A program made the position numbers and the translations under genes. Source: Eledone cirrhosa (Eukaryota). Taken from it: a DNA stretch of 64,000 nt. Each line of letters opens with the position of its first letter. The stretch's first letter is position 1. Below the pieces are notes generated by a model. It saw only the letters and a list, made by a program, of their open reading frames with translations. It did no database searches and was not told the DNA's origin. Shown here piece by piece: positions 13,241-26,814 of this stretch. Location of the stretch: the NCBI GenBank assembly GCA_964016885.1, contig OZ024744.1:83700001-83764000 (forward strand), read 5' to 3'.

Positions 13241-16200
13241 TTACAGATACATACTCAGAGTAGGCCCATTCACTCGGGCCATTCTTGCTTCTCTCACCCA
13301 CCTTTCAACAAAATGCTGGGAAGAGAGCACTTCCCTCTCTAATCTGATTTTCCTTTTCAAATGAAATTTGAAAATGTCAATCAGGGCATCACCGAAGAGG
13401 TAACTGCTCGTCTTCAGCCCTTTCAAACGTGTCCACCATGCTATCTCTTTCGCCATGGCCACTAGACAGATAATAACTGCCTGCCCTTCCGGGCTAAAGG
13501 AAGAGGGCGGGGCAATCCTCACGATGGACACAGATGATAGCCGGATCCGTCCTACACGCGACAGCAGGTGTTCGACATAAACCCACAAGTCAGCAATTTT
13601 CGGACACTGGACGAGTGCGTGCAGGATGGTTTCGTCGCCCTGCGCGCATCTCGGACATGCCCGGCTGACGGCACCTCCATGCCTGTAGAGTTTATCCCGA
13701 ACTGGCAAGGCTCCTCGGTAGCACTGCCAGGCCAGAGATTCTGGAAGTTGTCCATAGGCCTCGGCCCGAAAGTTCTTCCGAAGAGATTGGCTAGTTGATT
13801 TTCGTCGACGCCTAGAGTTTCCCCAAGTACGTCGTCGCTCTTCCCCTCCACTAATCCTCTATAGAACGCTGAGGTGGAGTTTCCACCGATCACATTGCCC
13901 GATTCGTCGAGAGCTGTGAGCGCCTGAAGACATTCCAGTCTCCAGGCGCTCCCTCTCGGTCTTCGCTTGACCCAGGACTGCAGCTCCGTCAAGGAAACGT
14001 GCTGGGTGTTGATAACAGATGGACCGCCTGACCATCGGTGCGCGTCCCTTCCACAAAAAGCGAAAGAGCAAAGGCTCCAGCCCAGTCAGGCGGGGCTTAG
14101 GACAAGGTACAACGGTCAGGCGGTAGCAGATGACAGACGCGATGTACGCGTTAGCCACCTCCGCTCGACCTTTCAGGGATAGCTTCCTCTCGGCCCATTT
14201 TTGGGTGAGAGAAGCCACCCTGCTCGTCACCTCGTCCCAGTTTTTGTCCGTCTGGAGGTCCGGACCGAAACAGACCCCTAGCAATTTTACCGGTCCGTCC
14301 GTCCAGCGTCCGACGACGCTATGGGACGGACTGGACCTGCCTCTCCAGGTGCCGAGCTGCAGGCCCACTGACTTTTTCTGGTTGATCATTGCTCCTGTCA
14401 CCGCTTCGTATTCTCTTAGTGTAGTGCCGATCGTCTCGATGTGTTTGGCGTTCGACAGCACTACGGTGACATCGTCCACATATGCTGACACGGATCTTCC
14501 GCATCCTAGTTCGCGCGTGACGCCCTTCAACGTCTCCAGTTTGTTTAGTAATGGCTCGAGAGTCAATAGGTGCAAGAGGGACGAGAGGGGACATCCTTGG
14601 CGGTCCGAGCGCATGATGTTGAACGGTTCCGAAAGGTCACCTTTTACTCTCACCACAGAGCAGATGTCGCTGTGCATGGCAGCGATCCAGCCTCTGAAGA
14701 CTGCCGCTAGGTAAAGATGGTCGACGCTATCGAAAGCTTTCGACTGATCCAAATTGATCAAAGACCCACCCGTGCCAGGTTCCCTAGCTACCTTCTCTAC
14801 GATGTATCGCATGAGGTGGAGGTTGTCATGGATGGATCTGTCGGGAATGGCGCATGTCTCCGCCTCTCCCACCAGACCACCAACGACAAGCGCCAACCTC
14901 TTTGCTAGCACCTTGGTCAAAATCTTGAACTCTCTGTTTAGCAGAGTTATGGGCCTAAAATTATCTATGTTATCCCCCTTGTTCGGATCCTTTCTCAGCA
15001 GTGACACCGCTCCTCGGCTCACAGAGCTGGGAATACTCCCGTTCTGTTGCCAGTAGCAGTAGACGTCGGCCAAGAGGCCTCCGAACAAGTCTGGTTTCTG
15101 TACGTAAAGTTCATAGGGCAGACCATCCAAACCAGGCGATTTACCCCTTGTGCAACTAGTCATTGCATCCCCTACTTCAGCGGCTGTTATCGGCTTTTCG
15201 CAACACTCCGCCTCAGTGGCCGAGAGCCGCGGCAGTCGGTCGAGACAGACAATAAAGTCCATGCCTCGACCCGGCCCACCTCTGCCCCCTAACAGCTGAG
15301 CGAAGTGTCGCTGAAAAGCTTCACACATTTGCCCGGGATCGAATAGCATGCGCCCGTCGTGGTCCACCAAAGACCGGATCGTGGCTTTGTTGCCATGACA
15401 CGCCTCCGCCACTCGGGCCCATTGAACGGCTTTCGTCCCCTCGTGTCTGAGAGCACGCACCCTAGCTCTGACAACGCAGCCTTCGTGCTTTGCATTGAAA
15501 AATTGGTCAAGAGCCAATTTCGCCGCAAGCACGTCGGTCGCGATGCCTATGCTAAGCGCCTCGTCTAATTTTCTAACTAGTTCTCCCTCTGCTCTATGTT
15601 TCTCTATTGCTAAAGCCTTTCTAAACCTAATGGACTCTATTCTAATCGCTCTTTTCGGAGCAAACCACCACTTGTTGTTGACGATGGCCCCCGTCAACGC
15701 CCGCTTAACTAGTTCGCTAATCCGGTCTCTGTAGGCCTTGCGCGCTGCTAAGGACGCGTTTAGCTTCCAGTAGCCGGATCCTCGTCTATGAAGCCTATCT
15801 AAGTCAAGCACACAGATCACGAATTTGTGGTCCGTGTAGCTGACTATCTTGAATTGTGGACAGCCTATGCTAGACCTATCTATTTCCCTACAAAATACTC
15901 TATCTAGATATAATCTGGATGACCCTATGCGATTTGTCCAAGTCCACATTGGCACATTCGGGAAATCCAATCGGCACCTGTCAGACGGCCACTAAACTGA
16001 AAGCTTGCCCGTCTCCGCTGGTCACGTCCAGCACCACCAACTTACCTTCTGGGTCCAGGAACATGGCCCGTATGGCAAGATCCAAACCTCTCCGAAAAAG
16101 CACAGCAACTCCTCCCCCTGATCCCGGACGGCTGGGAGATGCGTACACATCGTAGCCGCCGAAGATCGGTGCGAAGGCCCGTGCTTCGGAGATTCTGGTC

Positions 16201-16316
16201 TCGCTGATGGCCGCTACATCTATGTTTAGTGACCTTAGGTCGTTGAGCAGGTGGCCCTGCTTCCATGACGACCCCAAGCCACGCGCATTTATGCTGCCTA
16301 TTCTGAGTGAGGTCAT
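13241..16316 (-). pseudogene. Tx1/L1 ORF2 (APE endonuclease, RT, zinc finger) with EN deletion and frameshifts
   Basis: GSINARGL..ISET; SYTDH; KSPGLDGL; NFRPITLLN; LDQSKAFD; RQGCPLS; YVDD; CPRCAQGDETILHALVQC; break near 15975. Confidence 0.9.
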
Positions 16317-16350
16317 GTTGAAATGGAGTGGAAAAGATGGGAAAGACCAG

Positions 16351-18042
16351 TTACCTTATTTCTCGTAGAGGAAGGACGGTTTCTCTATCCTTTTCATTGC
16401 TTGTGGCCTCCACAGGAAGGATGTCCTTATAAATCCTCCTGGAGCGTGCTTGTCGGAAGTCTCCGATGTCTTGGGGGAATTTTTGTTTTAGTGTCATGTA
16501 CGTTTTCTGTTTGATACGAGTGATTTGTATGTGTGGAGGTGGGGTGAATTTTTGGGTTGTTGTGTAGTCTTTTTCTGTGATGCTGGTGTTGTGTTGGATG
16601 TAGTGTAATAATTGCTTGTTGTTCAAATTTAATGCTGTGTAGTGTGTATTGTTTTGGTTGTTTTGTTTTGTTTGCGTTTGTTGTGGGTTTGTTTCTGTTT
16701 CGCTTTTTGGTGACTTTTGTGGTGTAGGTGATGGTAGTGTTGGGGTTAATGATGGTGATGGTGTTGGTGTTTGGGGTGATGGGGTTGGTGATGCTGGTGT
16801 GGATGGTGGCATATCTGTCCTAACTTCTTTGTTTGATAGTTTATTTGTTTCCCTCTGTATTTTGTTTTTGGAGGGGGAAGGAAGAGAATTTTTTTCTTTT
16901 TTGGCTTCTTTTTTTCTTTTTTTCTGATACCGTTTCCCACTTCTCGTCGTGTCACAATCTGTCTCCAATTGTGATAGGCCGGGTAGTGGAAAATCCTCCA
17001 CAGGCGTTAGTTTTGGTTGTGTAGTAGTGGATGGTGTAGGCGCTGGTGCTAGTTCTGGCGCGTTGGATGGTGGTGGTGTTGGTTTTGCTACAGTTGCTGG
17101 GGTTGTTGCTGTTACAGTTGCTTCTGTTGTTGATGCTACAGTTCTTGCTGCCATCTCTACTGCTGGTGGTGTTGATGGTTGAGTCACTGGTGTGAGTAGG
17201 AGAGGTGGCCTCAACCTTTTAGCCTGAGGGCAGAAAGCCCTTAGGTGGGTTCTTTCACCAGAAACGACACACCTAGGCCTTCTGCCCTCGACAATTATGG
17301 TGAGGTGGCTGCCGTCAGTGAGGTCTATTATCTCTGGGATCTCGTCAATGCTTTTTTGGTCCGCTTGGATCAGGAGCTCCATCCCAGATCCGGACCAGTT
17401 CTCCTGCTTTTCTTTGGCTATTGCTATTATCTTGGTGTTGACTTCGATGCCGGCGAGGACGGCAGCTATTAGCCAGGGAATTTCGATGGCCGGTGGAACG
17501 TGGTTGATCCTGATCTTTACGAGTCTCTGGCCACAATAGCTTAGGACGAGTGTGAAGTCGTCACTTCTTAATGGGGTCATGGAGTGTTCCCTAGCCTCCT
17601 GTGGTGTTTCAAAGAACACGTCCACGGTTCCATACTTCTGCCCACGTCTGATGTGGGTTGTTTTTTTTGGGGGGCCCACACATGTCCCAAAGCTTTTTGG
17701 ATTTGGGACTCGATGCCCGTTCCACTCGGCGCGATTTTATATTAATTGTTCGATAAGACACGGTGCTTAGGCGCCGATGCTCCATTTTATTAGGTGTGGG
17801 GTGAGGCTGACCCTGTATCAATCTTTCTTTACCATTTTTTTGGCTTCTTCTAATGCCTACTGAGTTACCTGAAATGCATCGCACTGTTTTGCTACTCTGG
17901 CAAAACTCAGAGTGGTTTTCTTAATGTCATTGTAACTGTTGTTGTTATCGTTATTTTTGTTATTATTAATTTTAGTTTCAGTTGTGGTGGCGGTGGCGTC
18001 AGTGGTGTTCGGTGTGGAAGAGTTCATTTTGGTTGAATTCAT
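16351..18042 (-). pseudogene. Tx1 ORF1 (gag-like nucleic-acid-binding protein), frameshifted near the N-terminus
   Basis: TLSFARVAK; VEGRRPRCVVSGERTHLRAFCP (degenerate CCHC); Pro/Thr-rich tail; lies directly upstream of ORF2. Confidence 0.8.
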
Positions 18043-18518
18043 TTCGATATCACGGGTTAATTTATTTTTTTCTTTTGGTTTCTGTTGTCGCGTTCGTGGT
18101 AGGGGTGGTGGTGGCGGCTTTAACCCCTGCAGTCATTGGTAATGACGGGAAATGAATGTCTGCCTGAGACAAATTTAAAATATTGCTACTTCTTATATTT
18201 TTAGTGTTGGCAAACGTAGTAATATTTACAATGGTGGTGTCGGTGTGAGGTGTTAGTTTGTGAGAAAGGAGTGACTCTGAGTCGGCCCTGATTTTTCAAA
18301 GAAAAATTTTTGTTTGATAATTATAAAAGTTTAAATTTTGGGCTCAAGACCCCAATCTTTTTGGGTGTCCTTTTCACAATAATGTATGTGCACTTATATA
18401 CAGTTAACAATAAACATTTTCCATGAATGGCAATTTTAAACAACTGAAAATAACAAACCTTTGCGGAGCTCACGATGATACGATTTACTACGTAGGTCGC
18501 CAATAATAATAATTATAA

Positions 18519-18582
18519 TAATTGTTTCTACTTTAGGCACAAGGCCAGCAATTACCCAGTGCATTACTGGTACTTTATTTTA
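18519..18582 (-). mobile_element. SINE 3' fragment between Tx1 copies 2 and 1
   Basis: ttgtttctactttaggcacaaggccagcaattacccagtgcattactggtactttatt. Confidence 0.85.
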
Positions 18583-18608
18583 ATAATAATAATAATAATA
18601 ATAATAAT

Positions 18609-21600
18609 GGTTTTATTGACCACAAGCGCTGACACAAAGAAAAACATTAGAGACGGCACAGAACAGTACAGGACGATACAAAGTGCGTTTTGGTCGTGTA
18701 AACAGGTTATAACAAGATTGGTCTAGAAATAAAAAAAAATTTCAAAAAACAAAAATTCAAAAAACAAAAATTCTCTCACTTTTCCCACTCCTCAGTCTAC
18801 AGGCGTATACTCGATGCGGTCCCGTTCACTCGGACCACACACGCCACTTTCACCCACCTTTCAACAAAATTTCTAGAAGACAGCACTTGTCTCTCCACCC
18901 TGATTTTCCTCTTCAAGTGAAACTTGAAAAAGTTAATCAGGGATTGGCCGGAGAGGAAAGTGTCCGTCTTCAACCCTTTCAATCTTGTCCACCACACAAT
19001 CTCTTTCGCCATGGCCACCAGGCAGATGAAAACTGCCTGCCCTTCCTCCTCTTTAAAGGAGTATGGTGGGGCTATCTGCACAACGGTCTCAGTCGATAAC
19101 CGGATCCGTCCTTCACGCGACAGCAGCTGTTCGACATAGCTCTACAAGTTAACAATGCTCGGGCACTGAACGAGTGCGTGCAGGACGGTTTCGTCGCCCT
19201 GCGCGCATCTCGGACAGGCTCGGCTGACAGCACCACCACGTCTATAGAGCTTATCCCGAACCGGCAACGCTCCCCTGTAGCACTACCAGGCCAGGGATTT
19301 CTGGAAGTTCTCCATAGGCCCCAGTCTAAAAGTTCTCTTGAAGAGAGCGAACAGCTGATCGTCTTCGACGCCCAGGGTCTCCCCGAGAACGTCGTCGCTC
19401 TTTCCCTCCACTAGCCCTCTATAGAACGCCGAGGTGGATGTTCCACCGATACTAGTGCCCATCTGGTAGAGGGCGGTGAGCGCTTGGAGACATTCCAGCT
19501 TCCAATCGCTATCCCTCCGTCTTTTCCTGATCCAAAACTGCAGCTCTGTAAAGGAGACGAGCTGGGGAAAAGCGCGTCTAGCAAACGGCGACCATACCTG
19601 ATCACTTTCAAGCAAGCACCAGAGATGTCACAGCCTCAGCGCATGTTTGCGCATCATCAGCCACGGCATGCCTAGTCCTCCACGGAACGGGTGTTGACAG
19701 CAAATGGTTCGTCTGACCATGGGAGCACGTCCCTTACACAAAAAGCGGAAGAGAAGGCGCTCTATTTTGGTCAGAGTTGGGCGGGGGAAAGGGACGACGG
19801 TCAGGCGGTCAGATGACGGACGCTATGTACTCATTCGCCACCTCCGCCCGACCTTTCAAAGATAGCCACCTCTCGACCCATTTCTGGGTAGAGAGGCCAC
19901 CCTGCTCGTCACCTCGCTCCAGCTTTTCTCCATCTGGGGGTCCAGACCGAACCAGACCCCGAGCAATTTAACCGGTCCTTCCGTCCTGCGTAATACAACG
20001 CTGTCGGACGGCATGGACATGCTTCTTCAGGTGCCGAGTTGCAAGCCCACCGACGTTTCCTGCTTTATCTTTGCTCCTGTCACCGCTTCGTATTCCTTGA
20101 GAGCGGTACCGAGCATCTGGACGTGTTTGGTAGTCGATACCACCACGGTGACGTCGTCGGCGTAAGCTAACACGGATCTCCCGCATCCCAGTTCGCGTGG
20201 GATCCCCTTCATCGTCTCCAATTTGTGCAGTAACGGCTCGAGGGCCAGAATGTACAAGAAGAACGAGAGGGGGAAACCCTGGTGGACCGAGCGCATGATG
20301 CTGAAAGGCTGCGACAGGTGACCATTCACCCTCATAATCGAGCAGATGTCGCTGTGCATCGCAGCGATCCAGCCCCTAAAAACGGGCCCGAAGTCGGCCG
20401 CCTCGAGGACCGCAGCCAGCTACCGATAGTCGATCCATCAAAGGCTTTAGATTTATCCAAGTTGATCAGGGCCCCACCCGTGCCAGGTTCCTTAACCACC
20501 CTCTCTATGATGTATCGCATGAGATAGAGGTTGTCGTGGATTGATCTGTCCGGAATGGCGCATATCTGAGCCTCTCCCACCAGATCACCGACAACAAGCG
20601 CTAATCTTTTTGTAAAACCTTGGCCAATATCTTAGACTCTGCGTTTAGCAGAGTTATGGGCCTGAAGTTGTCTATAACGTCCCCTTGTTCGGGTCTTTTC
20701 TCAGCAGCGCCACCGCTCCCCGGTTCAGAAAGCTGGGAATGCTCCCGTTTTGCTGCCAGTTGCAGTAGACATCTGCCAAGAGGTTGCCGAACAAGTCTGG
20801 CATATGCGCATAAAGCCCGTAAGGTAGACCATCCAAACCTGGCGATTTACCCCTCGTGCTGTTAGACATCGCTTCCCGTGTTTCATTTGCTATTATCGGC
20901 TTTTCGCAACACCATGCTGCGGTCGTCGAGAGCATCGGCAGTCTGTCGAGGTATGCACCGACCGGCCCGCCGCCGCTCCCGAAAAATTCAGAAAAGTGCT
21001 GTTGAAAAGCCGCACACATCTGCTCGGGTTCGAGCAACATGCGCCCGTTTTGATCAGGCAAAGACCGAATTGTGGACTTCTTGCCACGTCGCGCCTCCAC
21101 CACCAGGGCCCATTGAACGGCTTTCGTTCCCTCGTGTTTTAGAGCACGTCCTTTAGCTCTGACAACGCAGCCTTCATGCTTTGCGTTGAAGAATTGGTCA
21201 GTGCCAATCTCGCCGTACGTCGGTTGCGATGCCTGTCCTAAACGCCTCTTCTAGCTTTCCCTTTACTCTATTTTCCTCTATCAGTACTCCTTCGATTCTA
21301 CTCTAATAGCCCTTTTCAGGGTAAACCACCACCTGTTATTGACGATCGCAACCGTCAACGCACGCTTAACTAATTCGCTAATTCTGTCTCTGTAAGCTTT
21401 GCGCGCCGGGAACCGCGCGTTCAGCTTCCAGTAGCCAGGCCCTTGCCTATGGCGTCTAAATCAACTTCACAGATCACAAATGTGTGGTCCGTGTAGTCGA
21501 CTACTTTAAATTGTGGACACTAGCCTTATCTGTTTCCCTACAGAATACCCTATCTAAATACGATCTGGATGACCCGATGCGGTTTGCCCATGTACATATT

Positions 21601-23488
21601 GGCACATTCGGATAATCCCGTCTATACCTGTCAGACAGTTCAAAACGTCTGAGCAAGTTTTCTTTTCTTGTTGTTGCTTTGGGTGCATGTGTTTTGTTGT
21701 GTTTGCGATGTTGGTGTCTTTGGTGATGCTGGTGGTGGTCTGGTGCTGCTGGTGGTGTTGCTGCAAGTCTACTTGCAGCATTTACCCCTCTTTTTCTGCC
21801 TTCGCTTTTGGAGGGTGAAGCTAAGGGTTTTTTTTCTTTTTTGATTTTTGTGACAGACCGTTTGTCACTTCCCTCCCACCTCACACTCCATGTCAGACCC
21901 TGCGGGGTCCACTGCTGTTATTGGTGGTAGTGGAGACAACTCCGGCGATCTTACCGCCGGAGTAGCTAGTGCGACTGTTGGTGTTGCCGCCACTGCTGCC
22001 GCTGCTTTAGTTGCCCGTGGCCTTGGTATGGGTGCCACGGACGTTGCCCTTCTACTCACCATCGAAGGGGCTTCTGCCTCAGCTGCTTGCCCTGCTCTTG
22101 GTAGCAGTTCATGAGGCGTCGGAAGGAGGAGGGTTGTCCTCTTCTTGGTTTTCTACTGCGGGCAGAAGGCCCTGAGATGATACTTCTGCCCTTCTGCCCA
22201 CAGAGATAGCACTTTTGGCGCCTTCCTTCCACGCTTATAGGGAGTTGGAACTCTTATTCGAGGTCTATGATGTCGGGGATGGTCTCGATGCACTCCTGGT
22301 TAGTCTGTATTAGCATTTGCATGCCTGACCAGTTCTCTCTTCCCATTCTCTGTATTTTCAGTATGGTGGTCTACTCCTCGATTCCAGCCAGTACAGACGC
22401 GGCCAGCCAAAGTATGGTCACGTCGGGCGATACCTGGGTCACTTTGACCCTCACAATTCTCTGTCCGCAGTAGGAGGGCACCAAGACTATCTCCTCACTC
22501 TTTAGGGTTTCCAAAGAGTGAGACTTCGCCTCTTGGAGGCTGGTGAAAAGTACTTTTTGCCTCGGGTGATGTGGGTTTTGCGCGCTTAGACGCACCCCAA
22601 GGCCTTTTGTATTTGAGCCTCCGTGGATCTCTCCACCCGATGTGACATGTTGCTTACGGTGCCGTAAGTCACCGTGCGGAGCTGCTGGTCTTTGAAGAAA
22701 TCGGGTGGAGGTTTCAGGGAAACTCTATTATCATTTCTAGTCACCATGGCTCTGGCGACTGCCATCTCCTCCTCCGTGACTAGCACTGTCTCTATATTTC
22801 GGGCCACACCTGCGAAAGAAGTGGCCCCTTTCTTAGCGGCACCATTATTGCTGCCGGTACTGCTGCTACTGTTCTTGTTGTTGGTGCTATTGCTGTTGCT
22901 ACTGCTATAAACGGTGTTGTTGGTGTTGTTGCTGTTATCACTGTTGTAGTTGTTTGTGTTTTTGGTGCCACCGTTGTTGTTGTTTTCGGTGCAATTTGTA
23001 TTGTTGCTGTTGGTGTTGTCGTTGTTTATTTTCTTGTTAGTGGTGTTAATATCGTTGTTGCATTTGCTGTCATTTTTTTCTGATGTCTGTATTTTGGTTA
23101 TCGCTGTTATTGTTGTAGTTGGTGTGGTAATGTTTTCAAAATGAGTGTTCTCAGTGTTGTTGTCTTAGTTCACATTGTTTGTGGTGTTGTCTGTTGTATG
23201 AATTTCACTAACCCTCCTCTCAACATTTACGCAGTTGTCAGACGACAGCAGACATATTGCTGTGGGACGTGGTTCAGTCAGGTTTTTTTTTTTATAATTT
23301 TTTTTTTTCTTTAACGTAAAATATTCAAATATTTGGGCCAAAAGGCCAAAATATTATACTTTCCCCTTCACAGGACAAACTCTAAGGGCTTATATAGCTT
23401 ACACAACAAGAAATATTTAACAACAAATAATTTTAACAGGCAAATAAAGCGACTTACTGGGAGCGAGCGAAAGACGTCCGATTAGACC
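18609..23488 (-). mobile_element. L1/Tx1-clade LINE, copy 2 (diverged, many frameshifts, ORF1-EN deletion)
   Basis: YADD (20027..20359), KSPGLDGLP, SRSYLDRVFC, ORF1 remnant LVPSYCGQRIVRVK; junction near 21660. Confidence 0.9.
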
Positions 23489-23496
23489 AATAAAAA

Positions 23497-23615
23497 TAAT
23501 TGTTTCTACTTTAGGCACAAGGCCAGCAATTACCCAGTACATTACTGGTACTTTATTTTATCGACCCCCGTAAAAATGAAAGGCAAAGTTAACCTCGGCG
23601 CGATTTGAACTCAGA
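23497..23615 (-). mobile_element. SINE (5'-truncated) immediately upstream of Tx1 copy 2
   Basis: Nin domain and tail present. Confidence 0.85.
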
Positions 23616-23639
23616 CCAAATAATAATAACAATAATATT

Positions 23640-23863
23640 GTTTTCTTTATTGGCCACAAGGGCTAACACGAAGAAAAACATTACAGACGGCACAGAACGG
23701 TACAGGACGATACAAAGTGCGTTTTAGCCGTGTAAAAAGTTTATAAGAAGAAGATAGGTATATCAAAAACATTCAAACAACAAAAATTCCCCAATAGGGG
23801 AAAAACTTCCGAGTGTCACTCATGGCGAAAACCACACAAAAGACCACGGTCACCCTGACCACC
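23640..23863 (-). mobile_element. Tx1 3' UTR fragment, copy 3
   Basis: Matches 12973-13190 and 18609-18710 (acaggacgatacaaagtgcg; caccctgaccacc). Confidence 0.8.
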
Positions 23864-23879
23864 ATTATTATTATAATAC

Positions 23880-23980
23880 TTGTTTCTAGTTTTGGCACAA
23901 GGCCAGAAATTACTCAGTACATCACTGGTACTTTATTTTATCGACCCTGTAAGGATGAAAGGCAAAGTTAACCTCGGCAG
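23880..23980 (-). mobile_element. SINE (5'-truncated) upstream of Tx1 copy 3
   Basis: Nin domain and tail present. Confidence 0.85.
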
Positions 23981-23981
23981 G

Positions 23982-24029
<48 letters not shown>

Positions 24030-24671
24030 ATCAATTGCCCACATAGACTTCACTACTCCTTCTCCAACAGAATCTATGTTGCCATAAAGCCAAATGTTCA
24101 ACCTCAATTTCTCACCCCTCAACCCTAAAATAGACCCTCTCTTAGCTATATAATAGGTTAATTAATTGAAGACTGTTCACCTTAGCCCACAACACACCAC
24201 CTAGCATCATCAATTCTATCAATGTCACTTAATTTGGCTAGTTATAATTACATTTTCTTTTTAATACACCATAGTTACTTCCCTTAGATAATTACGCCCC
24301 TTTGTAACCACCATTTTAGATTTATAAGTTAATTTTAATTTAAAATGATTCGGTTAAGATATGAACTCCGACATATACTTGTCTCTGATTATTCCTCTGA
24401 AGGAATAATTAATCCAGTAATGGTAATTTCGTTTGCTGTTGTATAAATTGGACTACGATCCAGCAACATTAATAAAGATTCTAAGAACAAATTCTTTATA
24501 ATAATATGTATGCATACGGACAAATATATATAAACATGTTATATACATATTATGCCTTAAATGAAGGACCGTGAAAGGAGTAAATTTTGTTTTTAAATTT
24601 ATTGACTTCCCCTTTTACTTTTGTTTATATATATATATGTATATATATATATATGTATATATGTATATATG

Positions 24672-24706
<35 letters not shown>

Positions 24707-24723
24707 GTATATATGTATATATG

Positions 24724-24756
<33 letters not shown>

Positions 24757-24767
24757 GTATATATATA

Positions 24768-25513
24768 ATTTTTGGCTATGCGAATGATTGTTTAACCATC
24801 GTCTCAGTGTGTTTGGCGTTTAACGTTTGTTATAGCTCTGATTCATCTGAACCATTGAGCACTTGCCTCACATCTCGGAGGTTGTTTTTCGTTATTTCGT
24901 GGGCCGAAATGCGAATCTCGATAATTTATGTTTGTATTTATCTCCAGACTCTAGCTATTGACCAGTTAATTTTCTTGATTTTTTAGTTGATTCTATTGAC
25001 TGGTGAATAGCTTATGTTAATTTTAACCCTTCTGTTGAGAACTTTATTCGATTTGTGATGTTTTTGCATTCTTGCAAAAATATACACAACTGAATTTATT
25101 CGCCTTATACAGGGGCTGCCTCCCTTGCCGATCCCCACGTGGAGTCAGCAATAGTCAGTCCTTGTATTAACTTTGAACTAAAACCTGTTGAGAAAGTGGC
25201 TTCCTTGTTCAATCACCTTACCAGAAGCCTGACATTATTTATGCAAGCGGACGGTACTTGATTTAGGAGCCGCAGAAACCAAAATACTGGATTTTACCTA
25301 CGTTCCAGGGGTCCGGGTAAGTTTTCAATACCCGAATTACTTGATCGTTTTTTTGGCTATGCGAATGATTGTCTAACCATCGTCTCAGTGTGTTTGGCGT
25401 TTAACATTTGTTATAGCTCTGGTTCATCTGAACGATTGAGCACTTGCCACATATCTCGGAGGTTGTTTTTCGTTATTTCGTGGGCCGAAATGCGAATCTG
25501 GATAATTTATGTT

Positions 25514-25518
<5 letters not shown>
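24768..25518 (+). mobile_element. Non-coding partial-tandem (~1.3-mer, 581-bp period) element in (TA)n, HHR-bearing
   Basis: Direct repeats 24771-24937 / 25352-25518; homologous to 41412-42221 (minus). Confidence 0.8.
25183..25318 (+). ncRNA. Extended type-I hammerhead with U3-A8 core
   Basis: ACCUG-UUGAGAA-A-GUGGCUUC..(62 nt)..GGAGCCGC-A-GAAA-CC..CUGGA..UCCAG..GG-UC-CGGGU. Confidence 0.75.
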
Positions 25519-25560
<42 letters not shown>

Positions 25561-25566
<6 letters not shown>

Positions 25567-25748
25567 TTCTACAGGACTAGAACTGTTTCATTCTTTAGAA
25601 ATCATCGGGAATCAGAAGATTCCGATGGTTTCTAAAGAATGAAACAGTTCTAGTCCTGTAGAATCTCATCTATATTAAAACTTTTATACTCTGCAATGTA
25701 TTGAGTACCTTACTTACTGTGGTTACCTCCGATTCAACCCAGAATAAC

Positions 25749-25750
<2 letters not shown>
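25561..25750 (+). mobile_element. Near-perfect ~109-bp palindrome plus one-sided tail in (TA)n (PLE-like end)
   Basis: Arms ~25561-25614 / 25618-25669; HHR-like CCGAUGR-UUUCUAAAGAAU-GAAA-CAG-UU in both arms; tail gtattgagtac. Confidence 0.7.
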
Positions 25751-25810
<60 letters not shown>

Positions 25811-25890
25811 TAACAGAGAAAACACAGATAAGCATTAAGAGAAGAATTTTATCCAGGTATTTATAACTATATATATATATATATATATAT

Positions 25891-26040
25891 AGGGCGGGTA
25901 AAATTCCCGAGATTCATGGACGAGTTCTCTCCAGCGGTCTCTGTCCCTCATTATCGCTACCATGTCCTGCGTCTCTAACAGAGCAGTGTCTGTCCTTAGG
26001 GCATCAACATACGTTAACCTTGGTCTTCTTCTTCCAGAAG
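25891..26040 (-). mobile_element. 3' fragment of the RTE-type LINE family seen at 61.7-62.7 kb
   Basis: Matches the reverse complement of 62590-62738 (GRRRPRLTYVD...EFYPP). Confidence 0.85.
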
Positions 26041-26107
26041 TAATTATTTCGAAAAACCTTGCAATCGAAGGTAAACAAGAAGACGATCCATATATATATG
26101 AGTATGT

Positions 26108-26241
<134 letters not shown>

Positions 26242-26585
26242 CGCGGAATGCAAATATATGTTAGAACACAGCGTATATTAGAAGATTTTAAATAGATTTA
26301 AAATATATATTACTAGATAAATATTTTTTTAAAAATTGAAATCCTTTGTTGTAAACACTTTCATCTATTCCTTTGTACTCAGAAAACATAAGAGATTTAT
26401 GTATTCCCTAAATTTTTGTTTTTTTCTTATAAATGAACTGCCCCTCTCACATTGAAAACAGTTGCTAGACACATAATATTCTGATACACAAAGATCTCAT
26501 ATATTTTGCTGCGCAGAGAGGATTAGTTGAAACTGTTAAAGGTTAATTAAAAAACAGTAGTTATATCTACATTAATTCACCTATA

Positions 26586-26722
26586 TGTTGGACGCCATGC
26601 TATCTAGCATAGTTACGTCCCTTTACAGTCTGAGTTCAAATCCTTACGGGGTCGATAAAATAAAGTACCAGTAATACACTGCGATAATTACTAGCCTTGT
26701 GCCAAAAGTAGAAACAATTATT
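26586..26722 (+). mobile_element. SINE with internal deletion
   Basis: gttggacgccatgct...gagttcaaatcc joined to ttacggggtcgataaaataaagtacc. Confidence 0.85.
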
Positions 26723-26733
26723 ACTATATATAC

Positions 26734-26811
<78 letters not shown>

Positions 26812-26814
<3 letters not shown>

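Larger units (their letters stand above)
12973..18500 (-). mobile_element. Near full-length L1/Tx1-clade LINE, copy 1 (defective)
   Basis: ORF1 with degenerate CCHC, APE endonuclease start, RT and C-terminal zinc finger; 3' UTR ends at (TTA)n. Confidence 0.9.

Noticed and set aside
13967-17770. Plus-strand ORFs overlapping Tx1 copy 1
   Set aside because: Antisense shadows of GC-rich LINE coding sequence
24768-25518. LTR/TRIM interpretation of the direct repeats
   Set aside because: No TG..CA termini, PBS or PPT seen; ends merge into (TA)n
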